DNA of 24,341 bases from a virus (Duplodnaviria; Caudoviricetes), in IMG/VR virus record IMGVR_UViG_3300024191_000332, positions 1-24,341 of that record. The stretch is one strand, 5' to 3'. Of this stretch, positions 1 through 6,921 are shown piece by piece (within the stretch, counting starts at the first letter, position 1; each line of letters begins with the position of its first letter). A program made the translations under genes and the position numbers. A model generated the notes under the pieces. It had not been told where the DNA came from. It searched no databases and saw only the letters and a program-made list of their open reading frames with translations.

Positions 1-255
1 GTCTTTTTCTAAGTCTTGAAATGTTTTTCCTGAATCTGCTATATCGTCTAGGATAAGCATGCTAGGATAGTGGTTGCTCATATAAGGAGTATACTGTATA
101 TTGAATCTATGTGAAAATAGTATTGCTAATATTGTACCTCCTCTAGGTACCCCTGTTACTAATGATATCTCCCCTTTGCATTGATCATATACTTTATCCA
201 ATAGTTCGTTAACCTTCTCCCAGGTAATGTAAATTTTCTTTGGTTCCATTGTCAT
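1..255 (-). CDS. Type I phosphoribosyltransferase (purine/xanthine-guanine PRTase-like), truncated by window edge
   Basis: Manual translation MTMEPKKIYITWEKVNELLDKV...VTGVPRGGTILA...MLILDDIADSGKTFQDLEKD shows the GxPRGG loop and PRPP-binding DDIADSGKT motif; ATG at 255 overlaps the upstream TGA (alternative ATG at 249). Confidence 0.88.
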   Translation of the reverse strand, partial: MTMEPKKIYITWEKVNELLDKVYDQCKGEISLVTGVPRGGTILAILFSHRFNIQYTPYMSNHYPSMLILDDIADSGKTFQDLEKD

Positions 256-422
256 GCTATGTTAGTTGTCCATTTGTCACTATCTATAGTGTATCTAGTA
301 GAGCCTGTAGATATACTCCTAACTTTATCTTTTAGGTATTGCCATTGCTTAGGTGAAACTGAGTATGTATGAACTCCGTCTACATAACCTCTTATCCAGT
401 CAATAAATTCTTTCTCTGTCAT
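252..422 (-). CDS. Hypothetical protein, 56 aa
   Basis: Manual translation MTEKEFIDWIRGYVDGVHTYSVSPKQWQYLKDKV...; fills the gap, A-rich leader, ATGA coupling to the PRTase. Confidence 0.75.
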   Translation of the reverse strand: MTEKEFIDWIRGYVDGVHTYSVSPKQWQYLKDKVRSISTGSTRYTIDSDKWTTNIA

Positions 423-425
423 TTT

Positions 426-1007
426 TTAGTCTATTAAGTAATCAATCCAATCCGTTCCTGATGTATTAGAGTTTGGAAATCTAAATTTTAAATTCTTATC
501 ACCGAATTTTATAGTCTTTATAAATTCCTTAGGTATTGCTGCTCCTGTAGGAACTCTTCTTACCTTATCGTCAAATAACACCTCTATCGTTACTTCAACT
601 TGATAAAAATTAGCTAGACTTCTTTCGAATTGTTCTAACCTATTCCATACCCCTCTATTTAAGCTTTCATGTTGAAGAGCACAGTTAAAGTATAGAAACG
701 TCTCTCTTAACATCTCCTTAGTACAGCTAAATGCTGCTGCAGGAGCTAAATGTCCTTTATCCCATACATTATTAGAATAGTCCTCTGGTGTGGATGTGAC
801 TATATTAGGAACAGTTCTAAAATCCATTCCTGCTCTGTCGGCTTCTCCTTTCGGACATAGTACTGTATAACTAACTTCAAGAGGTTGTTTTAAATCTTGA
901 TCGTATAATACTTTGTATATCTTTGTTTCTACTTCTACTACTTGACTAACACTTACAAAAGGTATTAGTATTAGTAATGTGATAAAATTAATTGCTTTTC
1001 TTCCCAT
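426..1007 (-). CDS. DNA/RNA non-specific endonuclease (NucA/EndA beta-beta-alpha-Me family) with signal-peptide-like N-terminus
   Basis: DKGHLAP (DRGH motif), LNRGVWNRLE metal-binding Asn/Glu, VPTGAAIP...K; hydrophobic N-terminus FITLLILIPFVSVS. Confidence 0.9.
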   Translation of the reverse strand: MGRKAINFITLLILIPFVSVSQVVEVETKIYKVLYDQDLKQPLEVSYTVLCPKGEADRAGMDFRTVPNIVTSTPEDYSNNVWDKGHLAPAAAFSCTKEMLRETFLYFNCALQHESLNRGVWNRLEQFERSLANFYQVEVTIEVLFDDKVRRVPTGAAIPKEFIKTIKFGDKNLKFRFPNSNTSGTDWIDYLID

Positions 1008-1270
1008 TTATAACTTTTAATTAATTCTCTATCTGCTTCTGTTTTAAATTTTACTGATTCGAAAGGTATGAAGCTGTCTACTATGTACTTTCTTAATTCT
1101 TTTAAAGTTACGTACTCTTCTTCTACACCTTCCCAAGGGTCTTCTGATATAAGAAATACAGTATGTACGTCTCCCATTTTATAGTCCCAAACTGGGCTTC
1201 CTTCTATAGTAATCGTATGATCTAGTCTACCTGGACCTGCTGATTCTATTAATTCTTTTAAGTTAATCAT
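971..1270 (-). CDS. Hypothetical protein, 99 aa
   Basis: ORF in operon orientation, overlapping both neighbours; no recognisable motif. Confidence 0.7.
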   Translation of the reverse strand: MINLKELIESAGPGRLDHTITIEGSPVWDYKMGDVHTVFLISEDPWEGVEEEYVTLKELRKYIVDSFIPFESVKFKTEADRELIKSYKWEEKQLILSHY

Positions 1271-1397
1271 TCTCTATATATATTTTTAGTTTATCACATA
1301 GTACTAAAACGTCATCTGGTTCCATAGTGATTGCACAACATGTATTAATGTTTTCTGCTATATTTTCTAATATTTCTAATGCCTCTTTTTTATCCAC
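1263..1397 (-). CDS. Hypothetical protein, 44 aa (GTG start)
   Basis: Manual translation MDKKEALEILENIAENINTCCAITMEPDDVLVLCDKLKIYIEND; GTG overlaps queE TAG by one base and the stop overlaps the next gene's 5' end. Confidence 0.65.
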   Translation of the reverse strand: MDKKEALEILENIAENINTCCAITMEPDDVLVLCDKLKIYIEND

Positions 1398-2185
1398 TAT
1401 ACTTCACGTTGGTCTTCAAAAGCGATGATATGAGGTCTCCAAGTCATTCTATATCCATTATCTCTTACCCAATCAAATAATACGGGATAAGATTTGAATA
1501 GGGCTTCTCTAGAATCTCCGGCAGGCATAAACCAAACTTTATGTTGAGGTACTTCTAAGGTATCAATACATTCCATAATCTCGGATAATGCTCCCTCATC
1601 TTTACCGTCCCATACGGGTTTAATATGGTAATCAGAATGATAATCAATTGATTGTTTTATTGCTTCGTAATTAAGTCTAAACTTATTATGACGTTTTACC
1701 ATTCTTTCGTCTGTAATGGATCCCTGAGGAGTTTCAACACCAACAACGGGGACACTATTACTAAACTTAGGACTAATGCTAAGCAAATTAATAGGATAAT
1801 CGGTAGGAAGAAAATGAGATCCCTCAGTTTCAATAGTAATGAATATATTGTTTTCATGTGCAAAGTGTGTTAATTCGTTTACTAAGGCTGGATGCATTGT
1901 TGGTGAACCACCAGTTAACATCATTTCTTTTATATGAGGATTATCTTCATATGCTTTAATAATATCTTTAAAGTTAAAGTGCCCTTTTTCTGGGTGTATG
2001 CTTGTATACCAGCTATCGCACCATCCTCCTTCACCGAAATAACATCTATGTGTACATCCTGTTGTTCTAATTACTACTGTTGGGTAACCAGCTCTTGATC
2101 CTTCTGATTGTACTGCTGTGTATATTTCTACAATAGGCAGATTCTTATCGTAATCCTCTATTCTTTTTAATTGTTTATGCGACAT
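1397..2185 (-). CDS. queE: 7-carboxy-7-deazaguanine synthase QueE (radical SAM)
   Basis: EIYTAVQSEG, VVIRTTGC, CDS, LTGGSP, ITIETEG, SISPK, RPHI motifs; next to queD. ATG at 2185 preferred to GTG at 2194. Confidence 0.92.
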   Translation of the reverse strand: MSHKQLKRIEDYDKNLPIVEIYTAVQSEGSRAGYPTVVIRTTGCTHRCYFGEGGWCDSWYTSIHPEKGHFNFKDIIKAYEDNPHIKEMMLTGGSPTMHPALVNELTHFAHENNIFITIETEGSHFLPTDYPINLLSISPKFSNSVPVVGVETPQGSITDERMVKRHNKFRLNYEAIKQSIDYHSDYHIKPVWDGKDEGALSEIMECIDTLEVPQHKVWFMPAGDSREALFKSYPVLFDWVRDNGYRMTWRPHIIAFEDQREV

Positions 2186-2639
2186 AAATTGCACTATTTT
2201 TAGCGTGTTCTCTAAATTCTACTTTTGTTATCTTAACTCTACCGCCGGTTTCTTCTTCTATAAATGGATTTATACTTTCGTATATAAATTTAGCAAAGCT
2301 CTCTGCTCCTGTTGCCGGAACTATTCGTACTTGAGCTACTTTAGCTAAATCCATTTGCATAAAAGACTCCTTAAATGGATCGTCTTCAGCTACTAAAAAG
2401 GTATGGTCAAACATATAGTCCATCCATGCTTTAGGTGTCATCTTTTCTATAGTTCCTTTAGCTCTTTTCATTCCTCCGAAATCCCAGACCCAGTTTCTCT
2501 CATCTAACTCTCCTTCGAACCATATCTTAAATGATACACCATATCCGTGTAGTTTTGAACAATGTGTAGTTGTTGCTTTCCATTGACGAAATACAGTAGA
2601 GTACCCGTCAAATACTTTTGTTGATTGAAATTTTCCCAT
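2175..2639 (-). CDS. queD: 6-carboxy-5,6,7,8-tetrahydropterin synthase QueD-like (T-fold)
   Basis: HCSKLHGY, WVWDFG, FDHTFL, GAE and EHAKNSA motifs; context with queE and queC. Confidence 0.88.
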   Translation of the reverse strand: MGKFQSTKVFDGYSTVFRQWKATTTHCSKLHGYGVSFKIWFEGELDERNWVWDFGGMKRAKGTIEKMTPKAWMDYMFDHTFLVAEDDPFKESFMQMDLAKVAQVRIVPATGAESFAKFIYESINPFIEEETGGRVKITKVEFREHAKNSAIYVA

Positions 2640-2648
2640 AACTTTAAT

Positions 2649-2873
2649 TTAAACTAATTCTTCACCAATACCAACTATTTCTGCTAAAAATAGTCCAATA
2701 AACCCTACTTCAAACATACCAAAGAATCCGAAAGCACATGCCCCCATTCTAATAGCTGATTTAATAAAAGATATTCTTTGGTGTAATTTCGGATCAGGTA
2801 TCTTCTGTCCGTCGATTTTGATAGAGTCTCTATTTTCTCTATCCCATAACTCATTGTGTATTTCTTCTCTCAT
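2649..2873 (-). CDS. Small membrane protein, 74 aa
   Basis: Hydrophobic C-terminal half (GACAFGFFGMFEVGFIGLFLAEIVGIGEELV); first gene of the queD-queE unit. Confidence 0.75.
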   Translation of the reverse strand: MREEIHNELWDRENRDSIKIDGQKIPDPKLHQRISFIKSAIRMGACAFGFFGMFEVGFIGLFLAEIVGIGEELV

Positions 2874-2874
2874 A

Positions 2875-2905
2875 CGTGTGTTTTTAAAGTGGTGCTACGA
2901 CACTA
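2875..2905 (-). promoter_or_regulatory. Candidate preQ1 class I riboswitch aptamer
   Basis: Minus strand UAGUG-UCGUAGCAC-CACU-UUAAAAACA-CACG: P1 AGUG/CACU, loop starting U and ending C, A-rich L3, loop CGU complementary to 3' ACG; lies between a promoter motif and the ATG upstream of queD/queE. Confidence 0.6.
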
Positions 2906-2921
2906 ATTATTACCTATAATA

Positions 2922-2954
2922 TAATATAGTCAGAATATTCCTTATATCCAACTA
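2922..2954 (-). promoter_or_regulatory. Putative promoter TAGTTG-N20-TATATTA
   Basis: One of six copies of TTG-N19/20-TATATTA at gene boundaries; resembles the Bacteroidota -33/-7 promoter. Confidence 0.7.
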
Positions 2955-2967
2955 AATATACGTTTTT

Positions 2968-3240
2968 TTATAACGAATTTATAAAATGTATCGTCCAGGC
3001 AATTAAACCGTTTAACTGTAGAGCTACTAAGTTCCACTGTCTACGAATTGCTACCTGTATTAAGACACATCCAAAACCTATTACATACATAGCTGGATTT
3101 AGTGTCCATTGTCCTGCTATTAAGAATCCAACTCCCATATACCCTACTCTTGTACCTAAACGTTCGGCCGGGGTCAGTCTTCTATCTCTAACCATGTTCC
3201 TAAGGTAGTAGTTCCAGTAACTCTTTTTTAGTTTTTTCAT
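2968..3240 (-). CDS. Small membrane protein (about 3 TM; possibly half-transporter-like)
   Basis: Three hydrophobic segments after a basic N-terminus; ATGA-free 4-bp overlap with the upstream gene. Family assignment is uncertain. Confidence 0.6.
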   Translation of the reverse strand: MKKLKKSYWNYYLRNMVRDRRLTPAERLGTRVGYMGVGFLIAGQWTLNPAMYVIGFGCVLIQVAIRRQWNLVALQLNGLIAWTIHFINSL

Positions 3241-3824
3241 AGTCCTAAATCTTTTCTGATATCTTCTTTTACTGTTCTTAAGTATTTACTTCGTTTTTCT
3301 TTAGATACAAACGGTACAGACCAGAATTGCTTTGTCTTAGTCCACCTGTTTAGGTTCCAGCCAAATACAAATGTATATACTCCCATAACTAGTCTGAGCT
3401 TTACAGAGTTTAAGTATAGGGTAATAACTGGTAACTTTGGAGCTCCGTGTGTAATGTAGGTTCTTACTTTCTTATTACTGAAGAACGGTTTAGGGTATGC
3501 ATACTTTCCAATTATTGGAACAAACTTATATGCAAACCCTGGTGTGAATACTTCATCAAAAAACATTTCTAATTTAGGAGTTAACCTAAACCACCAAACT
3601 GGTGAAACAAAGTACATATGTGTTGACCAAGTAACTAACTGTTTATAGTTTTTTATCAAGTCTACTTTATCTCTGTGCAATTTATCTTCATATAAATCAA
3701 TAACCTTATAGTTCGATTTATACTTATTCATCTGTCTTATGATAGTTTTATAAATGCCGTTGTAACAGAATGATTTTTGGTCTGGGTGTCCTATTATGAT
3801 AAGATGTTTAGTACCTTTTTTCAT
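3237..3824 (-). CDS. Flavodoxin-like fold NAD(P)H dehydrogenase/quinone reductase (Flavodoxin_2)
   Basis: IIGHPDQKSF, IDLY, SPVWWF..TPKLE.FFDEVFTPGFAY, ITHGAP motifs. Confidence 0.88.
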   Translation of the reverse strand: MKKGTKHLIIIGHPDQKSFCYNGIYKTIIRQMNKYKSNYKVIDLYEDKLHRDKVDLIKNYKQLVTWSTHMYFVSPVWWFRLTPKLEMFFDEVFTPGFAYKFVPIIGKYAYPKPFFSNKKVRTYITHGAPKLPVITLYLNSVKLRLVMGVYTFVFGWNLNRWTKTKQFWSVPFVSKEKRSKYLRTVKEDIRKDLGL

Positions 3825-4166
3825 TTACTCTTCTATTACATATATTTTAACATTACCCCACTTACCGTACTTCATACTTTTATTTACTAAAAAATCAATA
3901 CGTTTTGTCCATCTCTTATTCATACGATCTTCAATAGTCCATTCACCATCCATCTCTCCAGCATTTTCTATACATACCCTAGTCCCCATAGTAAAGCCTA
4001 GTTTTTCTAAATCTCTAGAGACAGCAATCCACCTATGACCTGCAGGATTACTTTCATCTATTTTCTTAAGAGAAGCAGTGGTTAAATAGTCTGCGTTAGT
4101 CTGTGCTGGATCAGCATGGTATATAGTAGCCAATACTGTCGTTACAGCTAAAATAAATAATTTCAT
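3825..4166 (-). CDS. 3D (Asp-Asp-Asp)/RlpA-like domain protein, possible cell-wall lytic enzyme, signal-like N-terminus
   Basis: ATIY...TTAS...IAVSRDL...GTRV...EDR...RIDF pattern of 3D domains. Confidence 0.8.
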   Translation of the reverse strand: MKLFILAVTTVLATIYHADPAQTNADYLTTASLKKIDESNPAGHRWIAVSRDLEKLGFTMGTRVCIENAGEMDGEWTIEDRMNKRWTKRIDFLVNKSMKYGKWGNVKIYVIEE

Positions 4167-4181
4167 ATAACTTAATTTTAG

Positions 4182-4328
4182 TTAAATGGAACGGTTTCTT
4201 CTTCTACCGTCCCATTGTACTTTTTTAGTGCTGCCTAACATAATGTACCTACTTACCCTTTTATTAAAAGTATTTCTAGTATCATTAGTGTGTGGTTGAC
4301 CGTTTTGTTGATCGCTTGTAGTACTCAT
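4182..4328 (-). CDS. Small basic hypothetical protein, 48 aa
   Basis: Manual translation MSTTSDQQNGQPHTNDTRNTFNKRVSRYIMLGSTKKVQWDGRRRNRSI; fills the gap and has an A/T-rich leader. Confidence 0.6.
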   Translation of the reverse strand: MSTTSDQQNGQPHTNDTRNTFNKRVSRYIMLGSTKKVQWDGRRRNRSI

Positions 4329-4356
4329 TACTTTATCTTAATTAATTAACATGAGC

Positions 4357-5145
4357 TTATAAATATGCAGATAAAACGTTTTCAACGTGTTTTCTAGCAA
4401 CTTCATATCCAACTTCTCCTGTTTCATCTTCGTATTGAACTGGATCAGGTCTCCCTAGTGCGATAAATGCTTCAATTCTCTCTACAGAAGAAGCAGATTT
4501 ATAGTCTGAGTTACCGCTTGGGTAAGGTTTATACGATGTGTTTGTTCTTTTATAAACTTCATTAAAGTTGATCCCAAGTTCATCACATAATTTTTCACCG
4601 TCTATTAAAATACCTAATTTATCAGTATCTAAATAAGGCGTAAAGTACCCTACTCTGTCAGCATCCCAGTTTCCAATTCTAAAAGCTGCATCATCTGCAT
4701 CTCTAAATTCTTGTCTACAATCAGGATAAACTGCATGATCACCAGCATGTATACCTAGAGCAATATCACAAGGTTCTCCTGTTTTATTTGCTACTGACAA
4801 AGCTACTGCTTGAGTAATAGAAGCGAACATTTTGTTTCTATTAGGAACAACAGTTTCTTTCATATTATCTTGTTCATAATGTCCTTCTGGTACATCTTTA
4901 CCTCCTTCGGTTAAAGCCGAATCTAGTAAATCTACTAATCCGTCTAATTTAATTTGACGATAATTTACTTTGTGACCTTTATCTGCTAGGTAATTAATTA
5001 ATGATTGAGCTCTTTCAAGTTCAACTCTATGTTTTTGACCGTAGTCAAATGAGATACCAGTTACGGTATCGTACTTTTCGATAGCTCTTAACAATAGGGT
5101 GCTGCTATCCATTCCACCACTTAAACTAACTACACAATGTGCCAT
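4357..5145 (-). CDS. queC: 7-cyano-7-deazaguanine (preQ0) synthase QueC
   Basis: SLSGGMDS PP-loop, FDYGQKH..E, VVPNRN, GIHAGD..YPDCR..F. Confidence 0.95.
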   Translation of the reverse strand: MAHCVVSLSGGMDSSTLLLRAIEKYDTVTGISFDYGQKHRVELERAQSLINYLADKGHKVNYRQIKLDGLVDLLDSALTEGGKDVPEGHYEQDNMKETVVPNRNKMFASITQAVALSVANKTGEPCDIALGIHAGDHAVYPDCRQEFRDADDAAFRIGNWDADRVGYFTPYLDTDKLGILIDGEKLCDELGINFNEVYKRTNTSYKPYPSGNSDYKSASSVERIEAFIALGRPDPVQYEDETGEVGYEVARKHVENVLSAYL

Positions 5146-5160
5146 AATTTATTTATTTAA

Positions 5161-5194
5161 TTTTTGCCAGGTATTTCGCGTATAGGCTAACGCT
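5161..5194 (-). promoter_or_regulatory. GC-rich structured leader (possible H-type pseudoknot) upstream of queC
   Basis: Minus strand A-GCGU-UAGCCUAU-ACGC-GAAAUACCU-GGC-AAAAA; P1 GCGU/ACGC, and loop GCC complementary to downstream GGC. Confidence 0.4.
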
Positions 5195-5207
5195 AAAATG
5201 TTAATTA

Positions 5208-5240
5208 TAATATATTAAAAATATTACTAAAATACAACTT
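5208..5240 (-). promoter_or_regulatory. Putative promoter AAGTTG-N20-TATATTA for queC
   Basis: Copy of the recurrent bipartite motif. Confidence 0.65.
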
Positions 5241-5394
5241 TACTTATATTTGTTTTTTCTATTAAATCTATCTCTGCTGATGGTTCCTCTGCTAAAACTT
5301 TTCTAATTACTTCTTTAATTTCTTTTCCATCTACTATCCACTCTTCTCCATCAACTTCAACTCTCCAATAAAAAATATCTATAGGAACTGACAT
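5227..5394 (-). CDS. Hypothetical acidic protein, 55 aa
   Basis: Manual translation MSVPIDIFYWRVEVDGEEWIVDGKEIKEVIRKVLAEEPSAEIDLIEKTNISKVVF; starts 1 bp after the upstream stop. Confidence 0.7.
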   Translation of the reverse strand: MSVPIDIFYWRVEVDGEEWIVDGKEIKEVIRKVLAEEPSAEIDLIEKTNISKVVF

Positions 5395-5395
5395 A

Positions 5396-5701
5396 TTAAT
5401 CTATATTTGTAAAAGATGATATTCTCTCTTGTATTACTTTCCACTCATTAATATACTCTTTTATTGACCCGTAGTGCTTACTTTTACTATTGAGTAACTC
5501 TCTACAGGCTGATTTCAGCGCTTGGTTAAAAGTTGCTGGGTAGCATATGGTTTTAATGTAGTGTGTGTTATTTTCTCCTTTGATTACTCTTTCGTATAAA
5601 GTATAACCTCCTGAAGTTGATTTAGCGATAAAGAACGGTTCCATAACCGAATCTTCAATAATTGTGTCCCCAGCGGGGATAGAATCTGGTCTTCTTAACA
5701 T
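5396..5701 (-). CDS. Hypothetical phage protein, 101 aa
   Basis: ORF in operon orientation; no firm motif. Confidence 0.75.
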   Translation of the reverse strand: MLRRPDSIPAGDTIIEDSVMEPFFIAKSTSGGYTLYERVIKGENNTHYIKTICYPATFNQALKSACRELLNSKSKHYGSIKEYINEWKVIQERISSFTNID

Positions 5702-5716
5702 AACTTAAATTTATTT

Positions 5717-6061
5717 TTATTTCCAATATAATTGTACCATTACTATTATAAATGCAAGTAATAGTGTAACTCCTGTTTTGACTGTGATGCCTTCTCCTAA
5801 GTGAACGTAAGTCAGGATCGCCATTATTATCATACCTGTAGAAAATCCTATTAATCTACCGGGCCATAATAATCCATCGAATCCTGCTACGACGTACCTT
5901 GATGCATAAATTAAAATGTAGCTAATAGGTATACCTAAACAAGCCATTAGAAGTGGTCTCTCCTTAACCCAGCTACTAAAAAACTGAGAGTTAGTCTGAT
6001 ACCAAATCATACCCTGGGCTATCATAAAAAGTATAAACGCTATAACTATATTTCTATTCAC
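5717..6061 (-). CDS. Small 4-TM membrane protein, DMT/SMR-like
   Basis: Four hydrophobic helices; LGEGITVK resembles the EamA/DMT LGE.[LI]T motif. Confidence 0.65.
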   Translation of the reverse strand: MNRNIVIAFILFMIAQGMIWYQTNSQFFSSWVKERPLLMACLGIPISYILIYASRYVVAGFDGLLWPGRLIGFSTGMIIMAILTYVHLGEGITVKTGVTLLLAFIIVMVQLYWK

Positions 6062-6314
6062 TACCTATGAAAGCTTTTAATCTTTTTTCATCCATCCTTC
6101 CGGATTCTGATTTAACCTTATCACCGTCTATAACAACAGTTGTAGGTATTCCATTAACTTTGTACTCTGCAGCTAATCCTGTTGTATCTGTTTCAACATT
6201 GATATTAACAAAATCGTACTTGTCTTTCAACTCTTCTGATACTTTATCAAAAGTTTTAGCGTAGACTCTACAAGGTCCACACCAATCTGCATAAAATTTA
6301 ATTACTTTAATCAT
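6054..6314 (-). CDS. trxA: Thioredoxin
   Basis: FYADWCGPC active site and GIPT cis-Pro loop; near the RNR genes. Confidence 0.95.
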   Translation of the reverse strand: MIKVIKFYADWCGPCRVYAKTFDKVSEELKDKYDFVNINVETDTTGLAAEYKVNGIPTTVVIDGDKVKSESGRMDEKRLKAFIGSE

Positions 6315-6442
6315 TTTCTACCTCTGTCTTTATAGTTGTTAAATCTTGATTTTTTAGCTGTAGTGTTTGAAGTTTTGATTCCTCTAGTTTTTAGCCATTC
6401 CATAGTCTGTGTATAGAGTTGCTTTGTTGAATTTTTTGACAT
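6311..6442 (-). CDS. Small basic hypothetical protein, 43 aa
   Basis: Manual translation MSKNSTKQLYTQTMEWLKTRGIKTSNTTAKKSRFNNYKDRGRK; ATGA overlap with thioredoxin; first ORF after a promoter motif. Confidence 0.65.
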   Translation of the reverse strand: MSKNSTKQLYTQTMEWLKTRGIKTSNTTAKKSRFNNYKDRGRK

Positions 6443-6467
6443 ATAACTTTGATTTATGATTATATAA

Positions 6468-6500
6468 TAATATAAGAAAAATAACAGTATAAAACAACTA
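6468..6500 (-). promoter_or_regulatory. Putative promoter TAGTTG-N20-TATATTA
   Basis: Copy of the recurrent motif; its TAG is also the upstream gene's stop codon. Confidence 0.7.
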
Positions 6501-6911
6501 TTTTACACTATTTCCATCAACAGCTATTTCATGCCAAAACACTCTACCTTCTTCAATTGCCTTTTTTATATTTTTCTGTTTTCCCATAAGGAACGCACTA
6601 CCGCTCTTTACTTCTACGAAATGAACCGAGCATTTATTCTTACTTCCCGTATCTTTAAAAGCAACATAATCTATAGGCATACCTAAAAACGTACAGTCTT
6701 CTGGAGGTACTGGAAAGTCAGACATAAATGGTACGAAGTGTTCTATAGTCTTACCCCATTGTACAGCTCCTGATCTTTTTTTAGCATCTCTTCTTATCTC
6801 TGCTCTTTCTCTTTCAAAGTCGGCTTTTAAATTTGCTATCTTTTTTTTGTAGAGAAAAGTAACTCCTCCTAGGCTCACTAGGAGAAGTATTATTAAAATT
6901 GTATATATCAT
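6498..6911 (-). CDS. Archaeal-type Holliday-junction-resolvase-related PD-(D/E)xK endonuclease with N-terminal TM helix
   Basis: GKTIEHFVPF, FLGMPIDYVAF, FVEVKSG motifs of the Endonuc_Holl family; hydrophobic N-terminus followed by a coiled segment. Confidence 0.85.
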   Translation of the reverse strand: MIYTILIILLLVSLGGVTFLYKKKIANLKADFERERAEIRRDAKKRSGAVQWGKTIEHFVPFMSDFPVPPEDCTFLGMPIDYVAFKDTGSKNKCSVHFVEVKSGSAFLMGKQKNIKKAIEEGRVFWHEIAVDGNSVK

Positions 6912-6921
6912 AAATTATATT

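Noticed and set aside
4357-5145. queC as a decaying pseudogene or QatC-type defence gene
   Set aside because: The frame and catalytic motifs are intact, and the context is queD/queE biosynthesis, not a defence operon.
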